Positions 36,516-50,449 of a DNA stretch of 64,000 nucleotides are shown one piece after another. The position numbers were made by a program, and so were the translations under genes. Positions within the stretch are counted from its first letter, which is position 1. Every line of letters starts with the position of its first letter. The DNA lies in contig NC_068987.1 of assembly GCF_001194135.2 (NCBI RefSeq), positions 13,471,831 through 13,535,830 of the forward strand, in the 5' to 3' direction. Origin of the DNA: Octopus bimaculoides (lineage: Eukaryota). The notes below the pieces were generated by a model. That model searched no databases and was not told the DNA's origin. It saw nothing but the letters and a program-made list of their open reading frames with translations.

Positions 36516-37747
36516 TAGTCTGTAGCAGGAGAGAAACGGTACAGCAACTTCTAAAGGAAAGACATCAACAATTTATGAAGACACCTGTATGTTGGATTCC
36601 TGTTATAACTAAAGTGTTCTGAGCAGTTGCAATTTTTTTAAGTGACAAAAAAAAAATCTTCACAATATTCTGACAGATGGTTTACGATATAATAATAATA
36701 ATCAAATAGAGAAAGAAATTAAGTCAGTCTAGAATTTAAATTTTATGTGAGTAAGGAATTTAAATTTAGAATTAGAAAACAGAAAATATATTTCTGCTAA
36801 GAACTCAGACACCACAAAAACTATTACAAAAATAATCTATGTCAAAATATTTATGTGTAAGGAAATACACCTGCTACCTAAATGAGACAAATGGCCCAAT
36901 TATTATGTCTATATCTATTCATGTCTACGTACCTATATCTATCTATCTCACTTTGTACATTTGACTGTGTGTGTGTGTGTGTGTGTGTGTTGTATGAGAC
37001 ATTTGGATGTACAAACAAAGAAAAGATATACTTGGTGCCTGTTGAATATATGTGTGCAAAATGTGTACCAATGATCTGTTACAAAAAAAAAAAAATGCTT
37101 TGGAGACTGCAATCCTAGATACACTTTGCCTATGGAAAAAAAAAGGATGGTTTTATAACTAGAATACTTTGGATGAAAGTTCTGCTCAATCAGGGCTGAT
37201 CTGATGCTAAACAAATAATAATAATAATAATAATAAAATGTGCATGATATATCAATCCAGATGTACTTTCATTTTCAAAATCTGAGACCCAGGTATGTGT
37301 CTATACCTTCGTTGGTAGATCTTGTGGACATTTGGAACATATTTTAAACATTGGCACACACACTCTCCCCTTACATAATCTTAGTTGGTTTTCTGACAGA
37401 AAAATTTCAGCTGCTCACATACACACACACACACGCACAAAAGCCTCACTAATACTTATATTCTTTGTTAGTTTTACTATAAATCAATGGTTTGCAACCA
37501 TATTTTGTCTAAGGACCCCTTTGATTCCTATTTTATTTAACTGGACCCCAATAGCCATTCAATGTTTAAAAGAATCTGTTTTTTTATAATTAAATATTAT
37601 TGGGAATCGTATAAAAAGAAAAAAAAGATTTAAAATATTTTGTGTATTGTAGAAGTATTGCCAATTGATTGCACATAAACTTTAACAACAAAATCTTATA
37701 TGGACCCTGGTTGATAACCACAGTTATAAATAATTATTATCATTATA

Positions 37748-38080
37748 GGCATAGGAGTGGCTGTGTGGTAAGAAGCTTCCTTCCTAATCACAAGGTTCCG
37801 GGTTCAGTCCCCAACATGGCACCTTGGGCAAGTGTCTTATGCTATAGCCTTAGGCTACCAAAGTCTTGTGAGTTGGCAGACAGAAACTGAAAGAAGCCTA
37901 TCATGTATATGTGTGTGTGTTTGTGTCTCTGTTTGTCCCCGTCACTTAGCGGTTCGGCAAAAGATACCGATAGTATAAGTACTAGGCTTACAAAGAATAA
38001 GCCTTGGGGTCAATTAGCTTGACTAAAGGTGGTGCTCCAGCATGGCCACAGTCAAATGACTGAAACAAGCAAAAGAGTAT
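37748..38080 (+). mobile_element. SINE family B, full length
   Basis: aggagtggctgtgtggtaagaagc...ggttcagtccc...ggtgctccagcatggccacagtcaaatgactgaaac. Confidence 0.9.
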
Positions 38081-38329
38081 TATAATCAACATCATCAACT
38101 ACAAATGGGCATCTCTCTTCATCAGTTGTCAGTTGTTCATTACAAGGTCTGAAGTTCATTGGACTGACATCACATCTTCCTTGCAGCTTTCTCTATTTTA
38201 CTAAGACCTCTTCTGAAATTCTTGATTATTTTCATAATTAATTTAAGCACATAGCCAGTATATTCTCGAGAAATATAGACTCAGTGTATGACAAGGCTGT
38301 ACTTTTGAATTACAGGTGAAATCCATCAG

Positions 38330-38480
38330 ATGGGATTCTATAATTTCCATTTACTCAATTTCAGTCACAAGATACGAGTCGACTTGAGGTTATAGAAAAA
38401 TGACACTTGCCCAAGTGATCAAGCAGTGAGATTGAACCCAGAATCTCATGGTTGCCAAGTGAAGAACATAACCATTTAGT
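38330..38480 (-). mobile_element. Antisense family B head fragment
   Basis: gacacttgcccaag (38402-38415) is the exact reverse complement of 37823-37836. Confidence 0.7.
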
Positions 38481-39454
38481 CATACTGCACAGGAAACCAT
38501 ATTTTTAAGTCATTAAGCTGTGATAGAAAAAAAAAAAGCCACTAGTGACCATAATAGTAAATCTAGCTTCCACCAATATTCACAAAGCTTTTTGTTTCTT
38601 GTGTTAATTTTCTTTTAAAGAAATTACTTTGCTCATTATTGGACACAAGAGAAAATATTCTTCTGTTGATGAGTTCAGGTATTATAGTCACTTATGAAAT
38701 ACTGGACAAATGCCAAAGCACTGTCTTAAAATATATCTTAAGCTCATTATTATTATTACTACAATCTTCACTGAAATGTTTAGTGAAGTTGAGCTAAACT
38801 GTTAATCCCTTAACAATGGATGTATTTTCTTCTTTTCTTTTTTAATTCTTGTCTGATATTTGTGATGAAAGTTTGTCAAAACAAATCACCTTTCAATTAC
38901 TTAAGATGCAAAAAAAGACAATGAAAAAAGATGTCTGTTTAAGCATCAAGATGGCAGTTAGCCAATATGTTGTATTGCATAGCTTAAACTGGTGGTAGTG
39001 ATAGGGGGAGAGGACCTTGACTATCAGCCATCATCACATAAGGTCAAAAGAAATCTCTTCTCTGAGACATACCTCCAACTATCTTCATTTTTTTTTTTTC
39101 AGTTTTAGCAAGGTGCTATCAAATCACAATGCTCAGGTTTTAAGTGACAGATTTGAAAAATCATGAACGCCACAAGCGAACTAAGATTGTATCTGTGTGT
39201 AAGTGTGTTGTATCTAAACATTAAAGACCTTGGCGGTGTTGGTGCCATGTAAAAAGCATCCAGCTGTAAAAACCATGCCAAAAAAAGACAGTGGAACTTA
39301 GTGTAGTTCTTTGGCTTGCATGTTCCTGTCAAACTGTCCAACCCATGCCAGAATGGAAGAGAGACATTAAATGATAATAGAGTTTCATAGAGCAATTTTG
39401 AGGAATGCCAGGGTAAAACAATTTCATAATTCAGCCGATGCATTTGAAGCGATG

Positions 39455-39508
<54 letters not shown>

Positions 39509-39509
39509 G

Positions 39510-39655
39510 ATTTCAAATTTTGGCACAAGGCCAGCATTCACTGGTGCTTAAGTTTTTGACCATGAAAGGATGAAAGGCAAAGTCGACCACAGTGGAATTT
39601 CAACTCAGATCAAAGCAACAGGCGAAATACTGCTAAGCATTTCTGCCAGCTTGCC
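39510..39655 (-). mobile_element. Internally deleted SINE family A copy between (AAT)n tracts
   Basis: ttttggcacaaggccagc...gaaaggatgaaaggcaaagtcgacc. Confidence 0.8.
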
Positions 39656-40181
39656 ATAATAATAATAATAATAATAATAATAAGAGGTAAAGCCAATAGT
39701 CTTTAAATGTTTCCAGAGTTTGTCCAAGTTTTATTAATGAGTAAGTTCATCTTTTGCTATTCCAATTAGAACTAAACTAATGAGTCTGTTAATCAGAGAA
39801 AACCCGAACTGAAATACTAATCTCCAATATTCACACATATCCAGACATAAACAAAATGAAATGCAAGTTCAGACAAAAAAAAAAAATCTAATTATGACTT
39901 GTGTTATGTTATAAAGATGTAAGCCAGTGCTAAGTTCACTCACAATGCTACAAAAACAAAAACAAAATTTTAGAAAAGCGAATTGCATTTACTTCTGTTA
40001 GACAATAACTGAAGTAATAATTATAACCAAATAATAATTTTTTTCTGCGTCCACACCTAGTCTTTGAGTCAGAAATAAAACAAATATAAATCACTAAAAA
40101 TATAAAACAACATAAGCTTGAATAAAAACGGTAAAAATTAGTTAATGTTTACTGAAAAATAATTTTTTTTAAATACCACTC

Positions 40182-40212
<31 letters not shown>

Positions 40213-40602
40213 CCAAAAAACCAACACAAATCTCTTGATGTAAAATGATTAGTTGAATAAACAAAAAATAATTCATATGCACTTTTTGTTTCTTGAAAGT
40301 ATATATTTTGCTGCAAGGCTCCATGCATTAAGTTGGCTATAAAATCTTTAGAAAATGGTGGGAAGGAGGGAGGGAGGTAAATATAATCGTTCACTACTGA
40401 CGTATTGTAGATTTATTAGTTGATATCTAAGGGGAAAAACATCTTCAAATTTACAATGCTTTATCATCACCATTGCACATTCTGACAATAGTCCAGTACC
40501 AGAATAAAGGAAACTGGCAATAAATCAGTGAACCAGCAGACAACTGAGGGAAGAAATAAGAATCGATAATAAATTTTTTTAAGAGAAAAAAAAGGAAATT
40601 AT

Positions 40603-40834
40603 TTAACCCTTTAGCATTCAGATTCCTCTGTCAAAAGTAATGCTTATTTATTCACATTGTTCTGAAGTAATCATGCATTATTTAATGGCTTCAAGATTTC
40701 AACGATGTGATTGTTCATTTTTAAAATGACATTGTAGGGTAGGTGTGAGAGGGAGGTCTGAACCGGTCAGTTTGAATATAAAACAAGGAAAATATTTGGG
40801 CTTGATATGGCTGGTTTGAATACTAAAGGGTTAA
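40603..40834. mobile_element. piggyBac-type MITE (TTAA-CCCTTTAG...CTAAAGGG-TTAA); inverted-orientation relative at about 3698-3925
   Basis: TTAA on both flanks plus about 14-nt terminal inverted repeats; the interiors of the two copies are reverse-complement similar. Confidence 0.85.
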
Positions 40835-41076
40835 AAAAAATATTTAAAAAAAAAATGTCAAATAAGGAACACTGTAAATATAAAAAGAGAGATGGCTGCT
40901 GTATGACATGTTGTCAAATTCAAGTGGTTATTATTATTATTATTATTACTGTATTACTGCATCATGGTAATTAAAATGAAGGGATATATTACACAAGCCA
41001 AGATGCAAGGTAAGTGAGTGGGAGAATGAGAGATGAAGAGGGAATAGAAGTTTCTAGTGATGTGGGCAGTAATTAC

Positions 41077-41166
41077 CTGTGATGCAGAGGAGTCGGTCCC
41101 TGTAGCTAGCTGTGGACTAGAGGACGAGTAGGTGTGCATATGTGCTGCAGACATACCTGCAGGTGC
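41077..41166 (-). CDS. Liprin-alpha (PPFIA): Liprin-alpha linker exon (APAGMSAAHMHTYSSSSPQLATGTDSSASQ), 90 nt, phase 0 to 0
   Basis: GC-rich island; strong acceptor ttctttcatttcag|GCA and donor CAG|gtaatt; symmetric open frame. No family motif recognised, so support is from splice signals and phase. Confidence 0.75.
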
Positions 41167-41452
41167 CTGAAATGAAAGAACAGATATGCAAATTGTATGC
41201 CATTCTGGCCAACATGCTAACTTCGAAGACAGAGAAGTGGGTCAAAGCAGTGAAGGAAAAGATATATGTGTGAGTGTGTGCGTGTATGTATATATATACA
41301 CACACACACACACACAGATATATATNNNNNNNNNNNNNNNNNNNNNNNNNNNNNNNNNNNNNNNNNNNNNNNNNNNNNNNNNNNNNNNNNNNNNNNNNNN
41401 NNNNNNNNNNNNNNNNNNNNNNNNNNNNNNNNNNNNNNNNNNNNNNTTATAT

Positions 41453-41485
<33 letters not shown>

Positions 41486-43353
41486 TATATAATATATATA
41501 TATTTATTTATTTATTATGTATGTGCAGATCTAGATCCTTAAAGGACTTGAAGAATTAGCGAGCAAGCATAACTTTCGGATGATGTGTCAAATTGTCTCT
41601 GTGTATGTGGAACATTTTCTATATGAATGTTTTCCGTGTTGCTGATTACTGGTCGGATGTTGCACATTGTTTATGAGGCAATAGCAGGAAAGGCCAATAA
41701 ACACTGCTATTAACATCAAAGGCAGGTTCAATCAGCTATATACCAGCTCTTTAAAACAAGTGAACATTATCATTATGTCTTAAGTACTCCAAACACCCAT
41801 CACAGCAACAAATATGCTGATTAAAAGATTGGGAATTATTAAATGTTTCACATACATTAAAAGTGTATGCATGTATCTCTTTCAAATTCTACAGGTAAAA
41901 AAATCCAACTTTTGTCTCTCTCTCTCTCATATATGTATATATATATGCATATATATATATCAAAAGGATCAAAGTTCCTTCTCAGGTCATAGGCACAAAC
42001 AGCTTGTTTCCCAAATTCTGTGGTGTATAAATTACTCTACTGGAGAGGATGCTGGCCCATTGCAAGATAACGCATTTTTGCCAGCTGAGCAGGCTGGAGC
42101 AATATGAAATAAAGTGTTTTGCCTGAGAACCAGTACAGTGCCTGGTCCAGAATCGAAACCACAAACTTACAATCATGAATGCAACACCCTAGACACCAGG
42201 CTACATACCTCCACAAACACACACATATATGGATGGGTCTCCACTGTTCGCTAATGAGGGCTCAGTTGTCTAATCAACTGAATTACCTGCTCACTGAAAT
42301 AGCATGTAAGTGGCTGAGTACTCCACAGATATGTGTACCTTTAATGTAATTCAGAATTGGCAAGGCACAGGGTAATTCTACCTTCTGAATTACAGGTCCA
42401 ATCAATCTGTTGAGCTTCTGTTTCCTCAATTTCTCTCTCAAGGTATAGGTTGACCTAAGGCTGTAGAAAATGACATTTGCCCCAGACACCACTCAGAGGC
42501 AAACTTAAGCATTTAACCATATCACACACACACACTCTATTGTTGACTGAAGATTAACTCAGTTTCCTTATTGTATAAGTGACTGAGATTACAATGTTCC
42601 CTCCTGGATGGGATACCAGCCTGTCACACAGTTAACTTCCTAGCTACCTGTAGAACTCATTGACAGCTGAGTGAACTGGAGCAGCATGAAACGAAGTGTC
42701 TTACTCAATGCACTGCAGGAATTGAAACCATGATCTTACAATCCTGAGTGCAAGACCCTAACCACTAGGCCAAGCACAATCATAAAGCCATATTTACCAC
42801 ATATTAAACATACACAACAATTTTATCTATCTATCTATTTGCATTCTTCTCTCTGACATATTTTCTTAAGAGTCTTTTTCTCTTTCTTTTGTGTGCATGA
42901 GTGCTGAAGAGGCTTGATTACTTTTTAGTATCTTTTTTTTTTTGCCAAATTATTAATGCTCTGATTAATATTCATGTAAATATTAATGTATTATTAAGGT
43001 TTCATAAAATTTTTTTTGTGGACGTTTAACAATAGGCTTGAGGCCTCCACATGAGCTGCAGTGGCTCATTATGTGGAATGCAATAATTTTAAGAACAGTA
43101 TCAGAACTGATACTAATATCCTGTGTAGAAGCAATTACACAGGCACCCACAAAATCAAATTAGCTAAGTCTCCTCAAACCAGAGCCTACTGTCTTAAGTA
43201 ACAAAGAATGCATTGAAGAATGCACACTCTGATACATATATATATATATATATNNNNNNNNNNNNNNNNNNNNNNNNNNNNNNNNNNNNNNNNNNNNNNN
43301 NNNNNNNNNNNNNNNNNNNNNNNNNNNNNNNNNNNNNNNNNNNNNNNNNNNNN

Positions 43354-43384
<31 letters not shown>

Positions 43385-44363
43385 CAATGCACATGCAACA
43401 GGTAGCGATGTCAAGCAATGCTACTCCACCATTATTGCTGCTGCCACACTATCTATGCAGCAATAATGCAATACATCTGTTTCAATACCATACTCAGACG
43501 TGTGTGTATTTTGCACAAGGGCAGAGTCATTTAAAATCTATCAAGCTCTATTTGGTACAAAGATTTAATCCTGCGAAGTCACTTAAGTGAGATGTCCCTA
43601 ACAATTTCTCCAAAGAATCTTAATATCATATTATATATAGATATATATATATATATATATATAATCAAGGTAATTTTCCAATTTACCATTAAACTAAAAA
43701 ATAGAACAGATGATGAAGTTAACTGGAGAGACAGATAGTGGTGATAGTTTTTTAATGTCCCCCAAGACACTTTTGATATCAAATATCCATATAGTAGTGC
43801 TCAAATAGCTGTTGATGAGTTGTTAAAAGTGCAGTAGTTGTAGATAATAAGAATGTGAGCTGGTCCTTCTGAAAGTAGTGCTGCTCTGACATACCATCTA
43901 TTAATTAGTTGTAAGCTAAATCATTCTTAGATTGTTTAATTAATTTTAATATATATCTATCTATCTCTAAGACAAACACTGGTTTATGTAAACCACTGTC
44001 AGTCAGTGCATGCATTAGTGTGAAAGTGTACCCATGCATCTATGTGTATGCGTGTGCACCTAAATAATAGTGGTGTATGAGAATGTGATTGATGAAATAC
44101 ACTTAAGAATATTAGCATCAAGTTTGAAAATTTGTATCATTTTTTTTTAGGAAAAAAATATTCAATTTACATTAAAAAAAAAAAAAAACTGAAAAATAAA
44201 AATCAACAAAACTTTCTGATTCCATCCAGTATTACATAGTTAGAGAAGCAAATAGAAATAAGAGTTGTTCCTGAAATGCTAGCAATTTACTGTGCCTCAG
44301 AGGGGAACTTTCTAGGTGCTACCCCATAGTCATTCATGATTGAAGGGGGTCTTTACTCTTATA

Positions 44364-44530
44364 TACTGTATTTTAACTTGTATAAAGAACCATTTTTTTG
44401 TCAAAAATTAGGTTTAAAAAAATATGGGAGTTTCTTAAACATGGATAGTATTATAAGTCCTTACAAGACTTTTATCCAAATTTTAAGCCCCCAAAATTAA
44501 GGGGTTCCTTATACATGTTAAAATACGGTA
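44364..44530. mobile_element. Tc1/mariner (Tc2/pogo-like) MITE
   Basis: 22-nt inverted repeats tactgtattttaacttgtataa (44364-44385) / ttatacatgttaaaatacggta (44509-44530), 20/22 match, TA at both ends. Confidence 0.75.
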
Positions 44531-44764
44531 TGCATGTGCATGCATACACATACATACATTCTCTCTCTAGGAGTGTACACACACATTAAATTAAATAACC
44601 CCATTTCGTGTTACTCTAGATTAAATAATACTTGCAAGAGTATTGCACACCTTTATATTCATTATTACATTGTTATCATCTCATGTTTCAGCAGACAACC
44701 AACTAAAATTAAGTAGTATGATAACACATTGCATGTTCAGACATGCAGTTCAAATCTTATCTAC

Positions 44765-44930
44765 ATAGGTACAGGAGTGGCTGTGTGGTAAGAAGCTTGC
44801 TTCCCAACCATACAGTTCTGGGTTCAGTCCCACTGCGTGGCACCTTGGGCAAGTGACTTCTACTATAGCCTCGGGCCGACCAAAGCTTTGCGAGTAGATT
44901 TCATAGCCACGAAACTGTAAGAAGCCTGTC

Positions 44931-44980
<50 letters not shown>

Positions 44981-45068
44981 NNNNNNNNNNNNNNNNNNNN
45001 NNNNNNNNNNNNNNNNNNNNNNNNNNNNNNNNNNNNNNNNNNNNNNNNNNNNNNNNNNNNNNNNNNNN

Positions 45069-45099
<31 letters not shown>

Positions 45100-45295
45100 A
45101 TCCCCCCACCATTGCTTGACAACTGATGTTGGTGTGTTTACGTCCCCGTAGCTTAGCAGTTCGGCAAAAGAGACCAACAGAATAAGTACTAAGCTTACAA
45201 CAAATAAGTCCTGGGGTCGATTTGTTCAACTAAAGGCGGTGCCCCGGAATAGTCACAGTCAAGTGACTGAAACAAGTAAAAGAGTAAAAGAGTCA
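44765..45295 (+). mobile_element. SINE family B, young-looking copy; internal (GT)n interrupted by an N gap (44981-45068)
   Basis: All family B blocks present, with CpGs retained. Confidence 0.9.
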
Positions 45296-46838
45296 ATGAT
45301 GAGTACATTGTTAACTTGGTTTGTCATGACGCAGAGTTTGTCAAAATATATTTTACTTATCACTCCTTATTCCCTCACCAAATTGGTATGAATGTTAGTT
45401 TTAGTTTTCAGTTCGGTTCCCTAAAGTAGAGGAGAGAATCTGCCCTGTTCAAGGTCTGGTATATTTAGAAATTTCACTCAAATAATACACAGACCACAGA
45501 ACATATATAACAACTGAAGTGTAGTTACTTCATTTTATCTGCAATAGTGCAAAGATTCTGCTAAGGTAGGTAGGTAGGTGTGTGTGTGTGTGTGTGTGTG
45601 TGAGAGCACCCAAAAAACTGCAGCCTACTCTATCCTCAAACAGAACTCAAGTCTGAAGGAAGCAGCCATTTGTTGATTACCAACCATGGCACAACTAAGA
45701 TAGCAGGGTTCTTTTTTGTTTTTGCTTTCTTTTTTTTTTTTGTTTTGTTTGGTTTTAGCAGAGGACTCTTATAATTTATTTGCCTCAGTAACTATGTAAA
45801 GTGGATATGAATAGAAAGTGTATACAGTTTGTATAAAGAAAAGCAAAAGGATGAAGAGGTACAAAAGAAAGGAAAAAAAAAAGAGACGGAGAGAGAAAGA
45901 GATGATTAAAAAAATATTAAGACAACATTAAGCACCTATTCACACTCAGAAACACAACAAACACTCAAAAGAGGAAAGGGACAAAGAATAAATCCATTAA
46001 ACTGGCATGCTGCTTGACTGAAATAAAGGATGCTATGTAAAGAAAAGGAAACATTGAAAGATTGGAAGAACAATATACAGACAACAGGTCTTGAAGCACA
46101 GTAGGGGTAATTGGTAAATGACAGAGAAAAAAAATAAAAAATAAAAAAAGGAAGGGAAAAAAAACTGTTGTGAACCTTTAAAGATAGAAGCAAATAATAA
46201 ACAAGAAAGGATTTATAAAGCTTCTAGAAGACATCCATTCCAAACCAAAAATCAAGTAATTAAACATAAATAGAAAGGGGATAAAAAAAAAAGCAATTAA
46301 AGGAGAGAAAAATATATTAATTAACTAAAATAAATATAATGGAGGATGAAAAACTAAAAAATAAAATTAAAAAAAAAAATTAATCGGAGAGAATAAAACG
46401 AAAAATTAAAAAATGGATAAAACAAAATAAATGCAAATTTACAATAATGAAAATAAATAGGCATGCTTCTTTGGGGATTTAAATCTAGACAAATTAAAAG
46501 GAAATTTAATGGTAAAAAAAAAAGAAAAAAGAAAAAAAAGGAAAAAGAAACCTGAGCAACAAATGTAGCAAATACAAGAGCCATAACGAAATTTTTTAAA
46601 AAAGGCTAGAGAATATAAAAATGTGATGTAATAAGAACAAGAAAGAATTTTTAAAAATTATTAAATAATGACTAGATATAAATCAATGGGCATTTTATTT
46701 TTTTTCCATGGATGTTTTAATCTTTAACTAGAAGAAATCGTTAAAGAAATAGGTAAAAAAAAAAAAAGATTAAAGCTATCAAATACATCTATTATATATG
46801 TGTAAGCCACACTGTTGTCTTATATACATACATACACA

Positions 46839-46886
<48 letters not shown>

Positions 46887-48619
46887 TATGTATGTATGCA
46901 TGCCAATACAGAATGTCTAGTTAGGAAGCCATTGATAATGTAATCGAGCTAGTTTCCTAAAGTAAATGTGGTGAAGGGCCCTCATATGATGGATAAATTA
47001 ATTCTGATGACACAATTCCGCAATTGCTTAAGGGATGTTTCATCTTAGAGTAGAGGGAGGAAGTAATTCAGCTCTATTTCTAATGAAATTATGTAAATTC
47101 CTAAAATATAAAAAGCTAAAGTAAATTTCAACCCATTCATATTTCTGAAACTAACATCAAACATGTGCATACCATATATATATATACACCCACACATATA
47201 TGTGTGGGTATGTCTACGGATGACCATTTGTGCATAAATGGTGACATTATATCAGCATTCTCTGTTAACAAATGGCCTTGTGGTTCTCTACTTTCAGAAA
47301 CGTGTGCAAATATAGAAAACCCTTTCCTTGGGAAACAGGGGAGGGTTAGTGACGGGAAGGGCATCTGACTGTAACTTAATGCTTCATAAATCAGTATTCA
47401 TCAAACTCATGCTAGTTTGTAAAAGAGATGTAAAAATTAATAGCTGATATAATATACACACACATATATATATGTACATATATATACGTAGTGAATAAGT
47501 CATGTGTATGTTTAGTGAATACACATTACAACTTTGTGGTCTTATGGTGTAAACAGCACCTGTGGTTAACCATAGGTGCTATTTATACTGAGCTTGAATG
47601 TTATGTTTATTAAACACTCACATGTGAACCTACTTGCAATCTATCCACACACACGCACAATTTCAATGACTTAATCAGGAGGGAGGAAAGAGCGTCTGAC
47701 CTTTTCAAGTCCTCCAAGGCTACAAATACATAACACACACACACACACACACGTTTCTCTGAAGACTGTTTCTAACGAGAAAACTTGGTTGCAACATGTA
47801 CAAGGGATATTCCACACTCTTGCTAATATAAGATTATCAGATGTTACATATATTATCATAGCGCCATGCAGAGTGTTAGGAATCTGACTATGCTAACAAA
47901 CTGAATCGTTAAATGAGATATTGGTTTCTTGCAGAGGCACAATGCCAAAGTTTGTAGGTGGCGTGTGTAATTGATTGAATCGACACTAAAAGGATTTAGC
48001 CTCAGAACATACAGTTATGCTTCGAAATACCACTGCATAGCAGTTCGCTGTTGTTTAACCCATGGTCAATCTTGATTAAGCAATTCTATGATAAAAACAT
48101 TTCCGGCTTTGACCACATCTTTGGAAGGGTACTGAAGATTATATTATCCAATATGATCTGCCTTTGATTAAGAAAGCAGGGTCTGAGTGAGATTTCACTG
48201 CTATTTCTAGGGGGTCTCAAGTGGAATACATGGAGCGGTTGTTTCTTACACTAAACTGAATATAGTTTATAATCTCATTTATAACTCAAAAGTTATTGTT
48301 TACAGCCTTAAATCAACCTAATGAGGGAGATGTTTAATCAAAATAATTACAGCCACAAGTGTATTGTCTTTTATTAAAACACACTGTAACTGAGTGTGTG
48401 GATATGAAAGAGATTTAGCTACTATTCCTAACAGTTTGAGAAACCACACAGAGGTCCACTAATTCGTTTGTCTCTATTAAAAGTAATCTGTAGTATCAAT
48501 TAATGATACTATATCTTAGCATGTTTAACAAGTATATTATGCCAAACAACAAATCATTTTTCACTTAACACAGGAACAGAACACCTTAATTTGCCCCTAT
48601 CACACAATAACTGTTATAT

Positions 48620-49000
48620 ATATTCCACCCATCCATCAATCCATCTAGCTTTTCCACCCACTATTCCTGGTGGGGTTATGGGGATGGAGTCCTCGGGTAC
48701 CAACTCCATGGGGTCCTATCAGAAGCAACTATCATTAGACTTTCCAGTTGAATTCCCAAGATTGGCCAACTGAGACTATGGAAATTATCCAGCCATCTTA
48801 TTCTTGGTCTACCTCTAGATTTCCAACTGGTTGGCCTGGCTTCAAGAATCTGTCTTGTGATTCTTTCCTGCGACATTGTAATCACAGGTGTGTAGTATCA
48901 AAGCTGTGACCTCTAAATGCAGAGAAGTGGTGGCTTGACCTGGAGAGATTCAACTGATCTCCAAGTTACACACCCTGCCCAGTAAAGTTACTTCCGAACA
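48620..49000 (-). mobile_element. Decayed 3' end of an RTE-clade LINE ORF
   Basis: With stops and a frameshift it reads TLLGRVCNLEI..ESLQVKPPLLCI*RSQL*YYTPVITMSQERITRQILEARPTSWKSRGRPRIRWLD..ASDR..W, typical of the RTE C-terminal RGRPR.RW.D region. Confidence 0.85.
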
Positions 49001-49253
49001 TAATACTATGCTTCATGTAATAATCATCAAAACACTAACTAGAAATAATTATGTAGTGAGTTAAAAGATAACAACATTAGTTCAATGATGGAAACTGAAA
49101 CACCTGGTGTAGGGAAAAAAACTGCTTAAAAATATCATGATTCAGGGGTACCATCTGCATCCAAAGCAATGAAGAATGCACAAGGCATCAATTCTAAATG
49201 ATTTAACAACAGCAGTGAAAAGTGTAATTTCAATTTTGACTAACTGTACTACA

Positions 49254-49291
<38 letters not shown>

Positions 49292-49782
49292 TCAAATTCA
49301 AGTCAATTCGTTGAAGATATAATTCAGTGAGTTAACTTGGGGTTCCTTAATGACAATATATATTCAAGTTAATATCTTTTGACATACATACAGTTTACAG
49401 AGTTCTAACATAATTTTTTTTTTTGCTAAATGTTATAATTTTGTATGTATTTGTGTGAATGTGTGTGTGTGTATGTGTGTGTGTGTGTATTTAACCTTAT
49501 TTTGAGAGGAACTGAAAAGAATAGAATAAATAGCAGAAATAGCAGTGTTTCATATAAGAAATGAAGAAAAAAAGAAAAGAAAAAAAGAGACCAGAATGTG
49601 TGTGTATATATATATATATATATATAAATAAAACCACATTGTATACAAACAACAATAATTGGTGCCAACAACAGCTAACAACAAATAGATGGCAGATGGT
49701 GACAAGAGAGCAGAATGATTTGCCAAAGTTGTGATGTCATATGAAGTGGTACATAGATGTGCATAAGCAAGTGTTGGAATAA

Positions 49783-49830
<48 letters not shown>

Positions 49831-50449
49831 TAACACATGCACACCCTTGTATATATATATAACACATACACCCACACACACACATACATGTTTTAATGTT
49901 ACAGCTTGGCTTTCACACTCATATCTTAAGAAAAAAAGTTTATGAACATACAGATGCATACAGAAACACGCACACAATAGATGCATATGCATATATTATT
50001 GCAAAGATATATATGCCTGTGTATAAAAACTCACACATGTATACATTAATATGCATATACTTATATGTGCGTGTGTGTATATGTATATATATATATATAT
50101 ATAGATGCATCCACATACTCACACTACACACACAACATACATAATTAATACTTCAATAAAACTGATTGCATTGTTGTGGATGTATATAAAAGATGTGAAA
50201 GACAATATGTTGTTTTCTAGTTAGGCCAAATAATGGACAGAAAAAGAAAAGAGAAAAAACAATCATTACTGGGCATGAATAGCATAAATTCTTAAAAAAA
50301 GGATCTTTTTTTTTTTAAATACATGTAGTGAAACAGCAAAGACTCATTGCTGGAATTAAAAGATATCTTAGCATACAATAGGATTATAAAATTCAACCTC
50401 ACCCACACCCTAAGATAAGGAACTAAAACATGTTTCTAAGAATTTTCTT

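Noticed and set aside
40500-40543. Strong acceptor followed by LSAGSLIYCQFPLF...
   Set aside because: Only weak donors follow and the frame closes after 30 codons; not distinguishable from the many chance pyrimidine-AG sites in U-rich introns.
47004-47040. CTGATGA followed by a short stem, like a hammerhead ribozyme core
   Set aside because: The required GAAA after stem II is missing; the other CTGATGA hits checked (near 2778, 22394, 24265) also lack a convincing core.
47701-47719. 19-nt AG...GT segment resembling a microexon
   Set aside because: Gives an in-frame stop at this phase-0 intron and no compensating partner exon was found.
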